DNA from: Candidatus Woesebacteria bacterium
Lineage (GTDB): Bacteria; Patescibacteriota; Microgenomatia; UBA1400; UBA12028
Reading direction: 5' to 3'
Assembly: GCA_040006915.1 (NCBI GenBank)
Contig: JBDTWD010000001.1
Coordinates: 34,229-98,228 of the forward strand
DNA length: 64,000 bases
The position numbers were made by a program, and so were the translations under genes. Below are positions 1-9,566 of this stretch, in pieces. The notes beneath the pieces were generated by a model. That model saw only the letters and a list, made by a program, of their open reading frames with translations, ran no database searches and was not told where the DNA came from. Each line of letters begins with the position of its first letter. The first letter of the stretch is position 1.

Positions 1-216
1 CGGAAGTTCCCACTTTGATTCGATCAATCACCAGCTCATCGGGAATGCGAAGCGATGTGGAATTTTGGATGAAGGGATCAAAGTATGAAGCCGGTAATCT
101 CCCATTGATCATTACCACTTGTGGTTGACCGGGTGCGTGCGCATGAATGAGCGTACAACTCGCCGCTGTGCCAAAAAGACATAGCAACAGCACACCCGCT
201 ATTTTTTGAATGGTTT
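1..216 (-). CDS. Lipoprotein, N-terminal part; the gene runs off the window start. The signal peptide has a lipobox (LLLCLFGTAASC). It is probably the last gene of the copper-handling operon.
   Basis: Reverse-strand ATG at 214-216, one base after the stop of the upstream YcnI-like gene. The translation MKTIQKIAGVLLLCLFGTAASCTLIHAHAPGQ stays open to the window edge. Confidence 0.4.
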
Positions 217-843
217 TCATTTCTTTCGCAATGCAATTGCTAAAGCAGCGGCGGATATTCCAAGCGAGGCGAGAAGTGCAGCTTTCACTTTTGGACTGGT
301 TTCTGACGAAGCCATTGGAGGCAGAGTGGTTGGCGCGGGACTTAAATCATCAATTACTTTTGTGACTGAATAGGGACCAGTTTTGGCGCTATCGTCATCC
401 GTATCCATTTTTTCAGTTGAAGGTGTCACGTCCCATGAAACAACTGAACCATCTTTGGAGGTTTGATATGCCTTCCATTGTAAATCAGTGGTCTTGCTTG
501 GAGCTTTGGCACTGAAGACAAATTCATCACGTTGTCCGGTGGGAATACTTCCGGCAGTCCAAGTAATTTCAGTTACTTTGGCGCTCTCCCCTTCGCCGGT
601 TTTCTTTATGGTAATGGTCCATCCAGGTTTGACGTTTGGAGTGACAAATTCGAGTCCTTCCGGAATGAGCAAGCGAAGTGCGATCGTTGGTTGATCTTGC
701 TCTACCGGGACGCTCATCGTGAAGGTTTGAAAAGCACCGACTCCGACCGTATCTGGTTTCACAACCACATGGGCACTGACTGGAGCCACCACAATGGCAA
801 GTAAAACTGCGCTACCAAGGACACTACTGAGTATTCTTTTCAT
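217..843 (-). CDS. ycnI: YcnI-like (DUF1775) copper-binding cell-surface protein. It has a signal peptide, an N-terminal His after the predicted cleavage site, a Pro/Ser-rich linker and a C-terminal TM anchor.
   Basis: The mature N-terminus reads HVVVKPD, typical of YcnI/DUF1775. The architecture is signal peptide, beta-rich domain, then a C-terminal hydrophobic anchor (AALLASLGISAAALAIAL). Confidence 0.55.
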   Translation of the reverse strand: MKRILSSVLGSAVLLAIVVAPVSAHVVVKPDTVGVGAFQTFTMSVPVEQDQPTIALRLLIPEGLEFVTPNVKPGWTITIKKTGEGESAKVTEITWTAGSIPTGQRDEFVFSAKAPSKTTDLQWKAYQTSKDGSVVSWDVTPSTEKMDTDDDSAKTGPYSVTKVIDDLSPAPTTLPPMASSETSPKVKAALLASLGISAAALAIALRKK

Positions 844-1393
844 ACAATCCTTTCGATTTCTTTTTGTTTGATATCAGAAACCACACGATCATACACACTA
901 TAGCTAACCCAAGGAAAGAGGCAAAAATATAGAGTGGCGCGTTACTATTTGGCTTGGGCGCTGCTGCTGCGATGCGGGCAACACGTACGTCATAGGAAAT
1001 AGAAAAGGTTTGAAATGTTCCACCAGTCACTGGACTGCCATCAAGAGTTATCGTATAAATTCCTTTTTGGGGGAATGTGTAGGTAGCAGCGGCATGCGAC
1101 AAGTCCGTTGCATGATCGTGACCTGAGAGTGGGAAGGAATCTAAGACTTTGTCATCCTGTTTGATACTGACCACACAGTTACAGTTTTCCGGACGAAACC
1201 TGCCGGTCGTATCTTTGAGTTCAAAAAAGATATCGGAAGGGACTCCAACATACGGATCATCATCAGGATCAATATGAATCACGGCCCCGATCGTCGTATC
1301 GGTTTTCAGCATGTGTGCCTGTACGGGGCTGACACTGTAGCGCAATAGGAAAACTGCAATGAAAAAGAAGGCAAAGCTAAACGATCGTTTCAT
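824..1393 (-). CDS. CopC-like periplasmic copper-binding protein with a C-terminal TM anchor.
   Basis: A signal peptide is followed by N-terminal His (AHMLKTD). SPVTGGTFQTFSI resembles the CopC HPITGSVTFKV strand. The protein ends with a hydrophobic anchor and a basic tail. Confidence 0.45.
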   Translation of the reverse strand: MKRSFSFAFFFIAVFLLRYSVSPVQAHMLKTDTTIGAVIHIDPDDDPYVGVPSDIFFELKDTTGRFRPENCNCVVSIKQDDKVLDSFPLSGHDHATDLSHAAATYTFPQKGIYTITLDGSPVTGGTFQTFSISYDVRVARIAAAAPKPNSNAPLYIFASFLGLAIVCMIVWFLISNKKKSKGLYEKNTQ

Positions 1394-1394
1394 A

Positions 1395-2870
1395 TTACTG
1401 TAATTCTATATCAAAGAGTTTGGAAATGACTTCTCCGTTTACCATAAATTCGACAAACAGTTTATATGCTCCAGCTTGTAGAGCTGAGTGTCCGGCCAAC
1501 GGGGCAAAAGGAATGGGTTTGTAACTAGGATCTTCCAAAGCGTAGACATTCTCAGCAATCGTGGGATGAATATGTATATAAGAGAGTGATTGTTTATGAA
1601 TCATCACTAGATGGCCTAAGGCTCCTAAGTAATTTTGAAGAGTTCCTACTGGTTGTTTGGTTTTGGTATCAATCACTTGGAAGATAATTGGATTCTTTCC
1701 AGAAAGTAATAATGAGGCTTGGATGTTTTGTGTCGTAATCATTTCAATCGCATACTTCTCTGGTGCTTTTTTGGCCGTGACAATTTTTTTCCCGGTCACG
1801 ATCACCGGCGTTGATACTGTTAACTCAGGTTTTCCGACTGGTTGAACGGTGGCGTAGAGGTAGTACGTTCCTGCTTTCGGGAAGGTGATGGAATCTGTAA
1901 ACGAATCATTCTGATGTTCTGGATGGGTGTGCTGGAACCAATCGAGTGTGTCACTGACTGTTACTAGATGCATTAACTTTTCATGGTTTAGCGCAAACGC
2001 AGTGAGTGGCGTTCGAGTTTGCCAGTCATAGACTTGTAAGGTGATTGGAATCGGCTCACCGGCCTGGATGAGAACTGGAGTTTGAATGATTAATTTGTAA
2101 TCAATATCGCTAACGTGTTCGCTAGCATGTGATTGATCTTGTACGTCGTGACTGGGATGAACAGAAAAAATATTGGATTGAGTTTGAATCAAGAGAAGTA
2201 AAACAAAGGCCAGACACGGAGTCAAAACTGTTACTACTTTCCTACCGACAGAGGGGAGTTGGTTTTGACGCAAAAGGAATAGGATGAAGCGTACGAGCTC
2301 TAAGATAAGCAGCATGAATAGTAAAAAGAAAAAGATTTGGGGGATCCAGGCTGAAAACGAGCGAAAATGAGTACCAAGCATGAGTGAGTGGAGCACAGTT
2401 AAAAGCGTTGAAAGATACACAAATCGATGCAGCAGTTTCCAGCGCCAAAATTGTAATGTTTGCATCGCGAAGCGAGTTGAGGTGACAGCTAAAAGCGTCA
2501 AAATGAAAAGTGAGGCCAATCCGAGTGCAGTTGCCAGAAGATAGGAGTTGGTCAGAAAAGATAGACCGACAAATCCCCCGAGTTGTCCAAAGAACCCAAT
2601 GACGCCATGCAGAAGCGCAAACCCCCAGCCTGCTACTCCGACGGCACGTCTAGATTTGGTCAGTGGAGTACGCAAGGGAAAGTTAGGCCACAGTAAGAGA
2701 AATGGACTAATACACAATGAGATATATAAAAACCCAAGGCTTGAAAGAGCGCTATATTGAGAAAGTTTTACTAGTTGTAAGGACCAGAGTGGTGTTGACC
2801 AACCTACCCAAGCAGCCAAGAGGAGAGCATACACGGTTGCAGCGATCAGAATCGTTTTCCGAATAGGCAT
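1395..2870 (-). CDS. Polytopic membrane protein (CopD-like or ferric-reductase-like His-containing TM domain) fused to two tandem YtkA-like His-rich periplasmic domains.
   Basis: The N-terminal ~220 aa have multiple TM helices with conserved His (GWGFALLHGV, LHRFVYLSTLLTVLH). The C-terminus carries two repeats of motifs such as HLVTVSDTLDWFQHTHP and HLVMIHKQSLSYIHIHP. This matches the CopD and YtkA parts of Bacillus YcnJ. Confidence 0.45.
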   Translation of the reverse strand: MPIRKTILIAATVYALLLAAWVGWSTPLWSLQLVKLSQYSALSSLGFLYISLCISPFLLLWPNFPLRTPLTKSRRAVGVAGWGFALLHGVIGFFGQLGGFVGLSFLTNSYLLATALGLASLFILTLLAVTSTRFAMQTLQFWRWKLLHRFVYLSTLLTVLHSLMLGTHFRSFSAWIPQIFFFLLFMLLILELVRFILFLLRQNQLPSVGRKVVTVLTPCLAFVLLLLIQTQSNIFSVHPSHDVQDQSHASEHVSDIDYKLIIQTPVLIQAGEPIPITLQVYDWQTRTPLTAFALNHEKLMHLVTVSDTLDWFQHTHPEHQNDSFTDSITFPKAGTYYLYATVQPVGKPELTVSTPVIVTGKKIVTAKKAPEKYAIEMITTQNIQASLLLSGKNPIIFQVIDTKTKQPVGTLQNYLGALGHLVMIHKQSLSYIHIHPTIAENVYALEDPSYKPIPFAPLAGHSALQAGAYKLFVEFMVNGEVISKLFDIELQ

Positions 2871-2874
2871 AGTT

Positions 2875-3621
2875 TTATATCTCTATTTTAGAAAACAGGT
2901 AACTGCCAATGGCTAAAGTCAAAAGACTTAAGGAAGTCAGAACGACAAGATCAAGGGATAAGCCAAAATGTGACACATTGATAAGTGTCGATCGCAATCC
3001 GTCGACGCAATAGCTTAAAGGATCAATAACTGAAATGATTTTTAAAAATCCTGGTACCGAGTCCAAGGGAAAAAGCGATCCTGACAAGAAAAACATTGGC
3101 ATTACTAGGAAATTCATGATGAGTTGAAAACCCTGAAAATCTTGGAGCATCGAGGCGATCGCTGTTCCTAAAGCGGTGAAAAAAAGAGCGGTCAAAAACA
3201 TAATCAAGAACGCAGGAATTAATCCAAGAACACTAACAGGGCGAAAGCCAAACAATAGCGTGAGGAAAAAAATAATGACTCCTTGGGCCATTGCAATTGT
3301 CGCTCCACCAAGTGTCCTCCCGAGCATGATTTCAAACCGTCCTACTGGTGCGACCAGTGTCTCTTTTAAGAATCCAAATTGTCTATCCCAGATGAGTTCA
3401 ATCCCTGAGAACACTGCGGTAAATAAAATTCCTTGAGAAATTACACCGGGTGCAAGGAAATTCATATAATTCCCTCCACCCGCTCGTGCAAAAATCGGGC
3501 CGAAGCCAAAACCAAGTGCAAATAAAAACAACACAGGTTGACCTAAAGAACCAATGATGCGTGAACGTGAACGACTATAGCGCTTTAGCTGTCGAAGCCA
3601 TAAAATATAAATGGTTTTCAT
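2875..3621 (-). CDS. ABC-2 family transporter permease.
   Basis: Six predicted TM segments with a typical ABC-2 permease layout. There is a 39-nt gap to the upstream ATPase gene. Confidence 0.7.
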   Translation of the reverse strand: MKTIYILWLRQLKRYSRSRSRIIGSLGQPVLFLFALGFGFGPIFARAGGGNYMNFLAPGVISQGILFTAVFSGIELIWDRQFGFLKETLVAPVGRFEIMLGRTLGGATIAMAQGVIIFFLTLLFGFRPVSVLGLIPAFLIMFLTALFFTALGTAIASMLQDFQGFQLIMNFLVMPMFFLSGSLFPLDSVPGFLKIISVIDPLSYCVDGLRSTLINVSHFGLSLDLVVLTSLSLLTLAIGSYLFSKIEI

Positions 3622-3660
3622 AGTTTTTGATTGTATCGATACCCTGTTCTTATCACGTAC

Positions 3661-4470
3661 CTATCTAGTTTTTCCGTGAAACATTTGTCGGCGCATACGC
3701 ATATGGTCGGCTCCACTTGCCTCCTCATCACGGATTGCATGACCAGTTAGCTTTAAGAACGCATCTTCCAAGGTCTCTGTCTGGGTTTGTTTCTTTAGCG
3801 TAGCAGCTGTCCCCTTGGTGAGCATCTTCCCGCGATCGATGATGGCAATGTCACCGGCAAATTTCTCAGCTTCTTCCATGTAATGAGTGGTAAAGAAAAT
3901 TGTAATTCCCTCTAGCTCATTTAATTTTTTTATATACTCCCAGATTTGATTTCTGGTTTGAGGATCAAGACCAACGGTTGGCTCGTCCAAGAAGAAGATG
4001 CTGGGATGATGAAGTAAACCACGGGCTATTTCTAAACGTCGGCGCATTCCTCCGGAAAACGTTTTCACAAAACTATCTTTGCGATCTGAGAGTTCAACAA
4101 TTTCTAACAGATCTTTGATTCTGGTATGGCGAAGGTTTGGCTCCACTCCATACAGAATCCCATGAAACTCCATATTCTCATAGGCAGTCAGCTCTTCATC
4201 AAGGCTTGGATCTTGAAACACGATGCCGAAGGATTTTCTGACACTATCCTGTTCTTTGACAGGATCAAAGCCATTGATATGCAAAGATCCACTGGTTGGA
4301 CGTAAAAGCGTTGTCAGCATTTTGATCGTGGTGGTTTTTCCTGCGCCGTTGGGTCCTAAGAATGCAAAAATCTCTCCTTTTGGTACCGAAAAAGAAATGT
4401 CATTGACGGCTGTAAAGTCGCCAAAAGTCTTGACCAGATTTTTCACTTCAACCGCAAAGGCAGACGACAT
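3661..4470 (-). CDS. ABC transporter ATP-binding protein.
   Basis: Walker A GPNGAGKTTT, signature LSGGMRRR, Walker B FFLDEPT, H-loop. Confidence 0.9.
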   Translation of the reverse strand: MSSAFAVEVKNLVKTFGDFTAVNDISFSVPKGEIFAFLGPNGAGKTTTIKMLTTLLRPTSGSLHINGFDPVKEQDSVRKSFGIVFQDPSLDEELTAYENMEFHGILYGVEPNLRHTRIKDLLEIVELSDRKDSFVKTFSGGMRRRLEIARGLLHHPSIFFLDEPTVGLDPQTRNQIWEYIKKLNELEGITIFFTTHYMEEAEKFAGDIAIIDRGKMLTKGTAATLKKQTQTETLEDAFLKLTGHAIRDEEASGADHMRMRRQMFHGKTR

Positions 4471-4668
4471 AGATACGAAAGAGTATACTATTTTTGCGTT
4501 CTAAAAACCTGAGAATATGCTGGGGGCTTCGTATGGCAATCAATAAATTGTGGCATGAAAAGCATCGGATGCCTAAAAATGCGACGACTGCACAACGTAT
4601 CACTTGGCATCTGGCTCATGCTAAAGCCTGTGCCTGTCGGCCAATTCCACTCGCACTGCAAAAAATAA

Positions 4669-5820
4669 TTGCCAAGAAGTAAGTGGTATCATTCTCTTCT
4701 TATGTATAGACGTCTGGCTATCGCAAAGATCGATTTATCCGCGTACTCCTATAATCTCCAAGAGATTCGAAAATTATTATCTCCTGCAACTAAAATCATG
4801 GCAGTTGTCAAAGCCAATGCCTATGGCCATGGAGCAATTGAGATTGCCAAAACTGCCCAGAAACTCAATATAGATTATCTGGGAGTTGTTTGTTTGTATG
4901 AAGCCCAGGAATTGCGAAACGCTGGGGTTACTCTTCCCATTTTGATTTTAAATGCTATTGATACAGAGGCAGCCTACGCGGCCATAGATCTTGATGTCAG
5001 CCTTACAGTGATGGATCAAGAATTGCTGATGGCAGTAGACCTCTATACGCAAAAAAAAGGCATCAAGGCCAAGGTGCATGTCAAAATTGATAGTGGTATG
5101 CATCGAGCCGGAGTGAGTCCGGAGGATGCGATTCCTTTTATTCAGAAAGTCGAGGCGTGTGCCGGCGTTACGTTGGAGGGAGTATTTACCCATTTTGCGA
5201 TGGCTGATGATGCAGATCTTACCTTTACAAAACAGCAACTATCCGTGTTTACGCAGATCATAGAGGAACTAAAAAAAATTGGAATCACTCCTCCGTTGAT
5301 TCACGCAGCCAACAGTGCCGCGACGTTAAAGTTACCGGAGTCTCACTTTTCCTTGGTTCGTCCGGGAATTATAAGTTATGGACTGCATCCGAATCCAGGC
5401 GCTTTTGATGTACCATTCACTCCAAAGCCCGTGATGCGACTACAAACACAGATCGTGCAATTACGCGAGATTGCAGTTGGAGAATCGGTTGGATATGGAA
5501 GAACGTTTGTTGCCAAACGTCCCACCAAAGTCGCACTGCTTGCCCTTGGATACGGAGATGGTTTTCGCCGGGCTCCGCAGAACTTTGGTGAAGTTTTAGT
5601 GCGAGGGATGAGAGCTCCACTCATCGGCAGAGTTTCTATGGATCAATCATCCATTGACGTAACAGATATTCCAAATGTTTCCCTATATGATGAAGTCGTA
5701 CTCATTGGCAGCCAAGGGAGTGAGGAAATCTCTGCTGATGATGTTGCACAGAAGATAGGCACCATTAACTATGAAGTCATGACCGGTATCGCTGCCCGCG
5801 TAGAACGAGTGTACTCTTAA
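4669..5820 (+). CDS. alr: Alanine racemase. The true start may be the internal Met at 4702 (MYRRLAIAKIDL).
   Basis: PLP-lysine motif AVVKANAYGHGA. C-terminal domain motifs (GYGDGF, SMDQ) are typical of Alr. Confidence 0.9.
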   Translation: MPRSKWYHSLLMYRRLAIAKIDLSAYSYNLQEIRKLLSPATKIMAVVKANAYGHGAIEIAKTAQKLNIDYLGVVCLYEAQELRNAGVTLPILILNAIDTEAAYAAIDLDVSLTVMDQELLMAVDLYTQKKGIKAKVHVKIDSGMHRAGVSPEDAIPFIQKVEACAGVTLEGVFTHFAMADDADLTFTKQQLSVFTQIIEELKKIGITPPLIHAANSAATLKLPESHFSLVRPGIISYGLHPNPGAFDVPFTPKPVMRLQTQIVQLREIAVGESVGYGRTFVAKRPTKVALLALGYGDGFRRAPQNFGEVLVRGMRAPLIGRVSMDQSSIDVTDIPNVSLYDEVVLIGSQGSEEISADDVAQKIGTINYEVMTGIAARVERVYS

Positions 5821-5832
5821 AAACACTCTTTT

Positions 5833-6369
5833 TTACTCTCTCTTTTTTAAGTCGAGTTCTGAAATTCCGAGGTTTCGAGCCATCGTTTTTAACTTTCCGT
5901 AGACAGTTATTTGCACTCGCTTGTCTTTCTCTCTTTCACTCAAAGGGATGGCCGTAAAAAAGTATCCTTCTTCTGTTTTTTCATCTGTTGGTCCAATGGC
6001 TCGTAAAAATTCTTTTAATATTTTCTTTTCTTCTCGGGTAATCAGTTCCACCTTGTCTCCACGCCACAATGTCCCGAGTAGCTTTTGCAACAAGCTGACA
6101 GTCGTCATCAAAGGCTCAATGCTGACTGAAGGGATATGTTCACTTTTGAGCGCGTCAATCAGTTGATCAGCATCATGTAAAATGAGTGGATCTCTGGATA
6201 CCGACTGACAAATAGTTTGTACTAATGCAGTGAAAAGTTCTGGATCGTCTTGGACAAATTGGAGCTGGTCGTCATCATCTGAAAAGATTTCTCGGATTCT
6301 TTGTGCTAACAAATCTTGAATAGAGGCACTTTTTCTGTTCATTGATTCTCTCTGTGGGTTAGATTCCAT
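5833..6369 (-). CDS. Hypothetical protein.
   Basis: 178-aa ORF with no recognisable motifs. It is convergent with alr. Confidence 0.4.
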   Translation of the reverse strand: MESNPQRESMNRKSASIQDLLAQRIREIFSDDDDQLQFVQDDPELFTALVQTICQSVSRDPLILHDADQLIDALKSEHIPSVSIEPLMTTVSLLQKLLGTLWRGDKVELITREEKKILKEFLRAIGPTDEKTEEGYFFTAIPLSEREKDKRVQITVYGKLKTMARNLGISELDLKKRE

Positions 6370-6378
6370 AGGTTCTCC

Positions 6379-8145
6379 TTACCAAAGTGTTGAGTGGGTA
6401 TTGATGATATTGGCTTTCGTTGCCCATCCCCGCCTAGCATTAAACACGCCATATGGCATGAGATGCATTTGGGATACGTGATGCGCATCGGTATCAATGA
6501 TTAACGGAATCTCCAAATCGACGGCTCGTTTGATCAAATTTGAAGGAAGATCAGTACGGCTAGGTGCCGCATTAATCTCCATAATTTTACCTTCATGTTT
6601 TGCAGCGGCAAAGACCTCTTCCCAATCGGCATCGATTCCTCGTCGTTCTTGAATGAGTTGACCAGTCGGATGACCAATGATTTTCACCAAGGGATGCTCG
6701 ATTACTTTAATCAGACGTTTGGTGGTCGTGGCTTGATCTTGGATGAAGGCAGAATGAACTGAAGCGATCACATAATCAAGTTCTGCTAAAGCCTCGTCTT
6801 CCAAAGCCAGTGATCCATCCGGCAGGATATCAACTTCCATTCCTTTATATACGGTAAGACTCGGTTTTTTCCCTTTGAAGAATCGCGCGACTGTTTCCTC
6901 TATTTCTTGGTTTCTGTCTTTGACTATCTGTAATCGTTCTTTGGGTGAAAGGTTGCCTCGTTTAGGATTGTGATCAGCAAATCCGATAAAACTGTACTCA
7001 AGCTCCTTGGCTTTTAACAGTAAGTCATCCATCGTGCTTTGCCCAAGATCATGTGAGGTGGGAAAATCATAATTGGTATGAATATGGACGTCACCCCGAA
7101 TATCAGCCAGTTCCAGCAAATGCGGAAGTTTGTTTTTTAAAGCTGCTTCAATCTCTCCTGCGTCTTCACGTAATTCCGGTGGAACCCACTGCATCTTTAG
7201 ATAGGAATAGAATTCTTCTTCCGTGGCAAAGGTTTCGCGTTTTCCATTTTTTTCGATTCCAAATTCGTTGATCGATAGTCCGTGCTTTTGTGCCAGGGTG
7301 CGCAGATGCACATTATGCATTTTGCTTCCGGTAAAGTGCTGTAGCATTGATCCCCAGGCTTCAGGATGGACCGTTTTGACATCGACTTGCCATCCTGACG
7401 AGTGAATGAAGGTCATTGATTTTGGTCCCGTACCAACAATTCGTTTTTGGTGGGAGAACTGTTTGATATGGTCAAATAATCCGCTGGCATCATCTGTTGC
7501 CACTCCGATATCAATATCTCCGGTGGTGGGAGAATGGCGGCGTAAACTTCCTAATGCTTCGACTCGTTTGACCTTGGTATTTTTGGACAAATACGAAATG
7601 ACGTCTGCTGCGACTGCCAATGCATCTGGCAGCGGTAATCTGGCATCTGGTTTGTCGCGCATGGTTTTAATGGCTTCAATGATTCGTTTTTCTCCGACTG
7701 GGGTAAAGCCCTCAATTTCCCCAATCTCTCCTTTTTGCGCATGTGAAGCCAGATCTTTGATTGCGGTTTTTTCGGTGGTTAATTTAAAAAAGACCGCGAG
7801 TTTTAAAGCGTTCTTTGGCCCAATCCCAGGAATGTCCATGAGCGCAAACATTCCTGCGGGAACGGTTGCAAGCGTTTTTTCAAAATGATCCACTTTCCCG
7901 GTGGTAAAGAGCTCATCAAGATAGCCACGAAGTGTTTTTCCTAAGCCGGGAACATCGTCGAGTTTTTGTTCTTTCCACAGATCATGAATTTGGGTTGGAT
8001 AGTTTTCAATACTACTGGCCGCATTTTGATAGGCTCGAATCGCAAAACTATTCTCACCATTGACCATATAGACAGCCCCGACGTTGGTGAGGAGTTTGGC
8101 AATCTGGGCATTGGTATAGTCAACAGTCTTGCTCATGTACTGCAC
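6379..8145 (-). CDS. polX: DNA polymerase X family protein with a C-terminal PHP phosphoesterase domain (PolX).
   Basis: N-terminal helix-hairpin-helix motifs (GIGPKNALKL). Pol-beta-like palm with Asp triad (GDIDIGV). C-terminal PHP motif HIHTNYDFPTSHD. Confidence 0.85.
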   Translation of the reverse strand: MQYMSKTVDYTNAQIAKLLTNVGAVYMVNGENSFAIRAYQNAASSIENYPTQIHDLWKEQKLDDVPGLGKTLRGYLDELFTTGKVDHFEKTLATVPAGMFALMDIPGIGPKNALKLAVFFKLTTEKTAIKDLASHAQKGEIGEIEGFTPVGEKRIIEAIKTMRDKPDARLPLPDALAVAADVISYLSKNTKVKRVEALGSLRRHSPTTGDIDIGVATDDASGLFDHIKQFSHQKRIVGTGPKSMTFIHSSGWQVDVKTVHPEAWGSMLQHFTGSKMHNVHLRTLAQKHGLSINEFGIEKNGKRETFATEEEFYSYLKMQWVPPELREDAGEIEAALKNKLPHLLELADIRGDVHIHTNYDFPTSHDLGQSTMDDLLLKAKELEYSFIGFADHNPKRGNLSPKERLQIVKDRNQEIEETVARFFKGKKPSLTVYKGMEVDILPDGSLALEDEALAELDYVIASVHSAFIQDQATTTKRLIKVIEHPLVKIIGHPTGQLIQERRGIDADWEEVFAAAKHEGKIMEINAAPSRTDLPSNLIKRAVDLEIPLIIDTDAHHVSQMHLMPYGVFNARRGWATKANIINTHSTLW

Positions 8146-8182
8146 ACTATACAGGAAGATAGATATCCAGGAGAAGTAGTAC

Positions 8183-9067
8183 TTGATCTGCTATACTTGG
8201 GCTATTATGGCAGCAGATCGCTATAGCGCCGTTTGGGTCTCCCACACATCGATTGCGGATTTTTTAAAGTGTCCTCGCTCGTATTTCTTGCGTAATATGT
8301 ATAAGGACCCGAAGTCCAGGCGGAAAATTCAAATCACTTCCCCGTCTTTATCTCTGGGTATGGGGGTCCATGATGTTCTGGAAAGCTTATCGATATTGCC
8401 AACTGAACGCCGCTTCTCCGGAGATCTCTTAGAAGATTTTGAAAAAGGCTGGAAAAAGTATACCGGGAAAAAAGGTGGCTTTACTGACCCAGAAGTAGAA
8501 AGACAGTACAAAGAGCGTGGGCTGGCAATGATCCGACGAGTTTTAAATCATCCAGGACCTTTAAAAAACAAAGCGGTAAAGTTAACCCAAGATCTACCCC
8601 AATACTATATTAGTGAAGCTGACAATATTATCTTATGTGGCAAAGTGGACTGGCTCGAATACATCCCAGAATCCGACAGCGTGCATATTATTGATTTTAA
8701 AACCAGCAAGTCCGAAGAGGATGGGAACTCTCTGCAGTTGCCGATCTACACTTTATTGGTAGCGAACACCCAAAAACGAAAAACCAGTAAAGCCAGTTAT
8801 TGGTATCTTGAATTCTCAGATGACTTGCAAGAAAAAGTATTGCCGGACATTTCCGAAAGCCATGACGCGGTGTTGAAGATTTCTAAGCAAATTTCTTTAG
8901 CACGAAAGTTAAGTAAATTAGATTGTCCCTATGGTGGCTGTAAATATTGTGAGCCACTTGAACGGGTGCTCAAAGGGGATGCAGAATTTGTCGGTGTCGA
9001 TGAAAAAATGGGGAAAGATAATTATATCTTACATAAACACTTAGAAGAAGACAGTGTGATACTCTAA
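8183..9067 (+). CDS. PD-(D/E)XK nuclease, Cas4/RecB-like, with a C-terminal Cys cluster.
   Basis: IIDFKTSK matches the D..(E/D)xK core. The C-terminal CPYGGCKYC (plus an earlier CPRSYF) resembles a Cas4-type Fe-S cysteine cluster. Confidence 0.6.
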   Translation: MICYTWAIMAADRYSAVWVSHTSIADFLKCPRSYFLRNMYKDPKSRRKIQITSPSLSLGMGVHDVLESLSILPTERRFSGDLLEDFEKGWKKYTGKKGGFTDPEVERQYKERGLAMIRRVLNHPGPLKNKAVKLTQDLPQYYISEADNIILCGKVDWLEYIPESDSVHIIDFKTSKSEEDGNSLQLPIYTLLVANTQKRKTSKASYWYLEFSDDLQEKVLPDISESHDAVLKISKQISLARKLSKLDCPYGGCKYCEPLERVLKGDAEFVGVDEKMGKDNYILHKHLEEDSVIL

Positions 9068-9302
9068 ATTTATGAATGAAAAACTCATTCTTGATATTAT
9101 CTATGGGAAAAATGGCCCAAGTAAAGATCAAACGACACATTCTTTGACCAGTGTCTGGCTTCGGATGTGTGAACAGTTGGGAATTGATCCCAATGTACAA
9201 GGGTTCCGCGAGCTAAAAGAACCGATTGAAGATGCAAAAATGATGCAATTAATAAATCCGGAAAAATCCCTACCTACTAAAGGAAAGAAAAGAAAATAAG
9301 CT

Positions 9303-9566
9303 ATGAAAAAACTGTGGTTTAAACGAAAAACCTATGGATACGGTTGGACTCCTGCAAGCTGGCAAGGGTGGCTTGTTGTGGCTGTATTTGTTCTATGTAC
9401 TGTTTGGAATTTCATGCGAATTGATGCTCTCTCCCATTCTGGTAGTGATACGCTTTTAAACTTCGTTCCACAAACAGTTGTTTCTGCTTTTGTGCTCGTG
9501 GCAATTTGTCTCTTTACTGGTGAGACCCCTAGATGGCAATGGGGAGAGAAAACAAAAAAACGTTAA
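9303..9566 (+). CDS. Small membrane protein with two predicted TM helices.
   Basis: 87-aa ORF with two hydrophobic helices. Confidence 0.3.
   Translation: MKKLWFKRKTYGYGWTPASWQGWLVVAVFVLCTVWNFMRIDALSHSGSDTLLNFVPQTVVSAFVLVAICLFTGETPRWQWGEKTKKR

Noticed and set aside
488-804. Short plus-strand ORFs (488..694, 532..804) inside the YcnI-like gene, and many similar 60 to 130-aa ORFs inside or antisense to the longer genes throughout the track.
   Set aside because: They lie fully inside, on the opposite strand of, longer ORFs that have clear family motifs. They have no RBS context and their composition mirrors the coding strand. I treat them as spurious.
4494-4682. A 62-aa plus-strand ORF between the ABC ATPase start and alr.
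   Set aside because: It sits in the divergent promoter region and overlaps the likely alr 5' end. The product is basic and low-complexity, and no homologue is recognisable.
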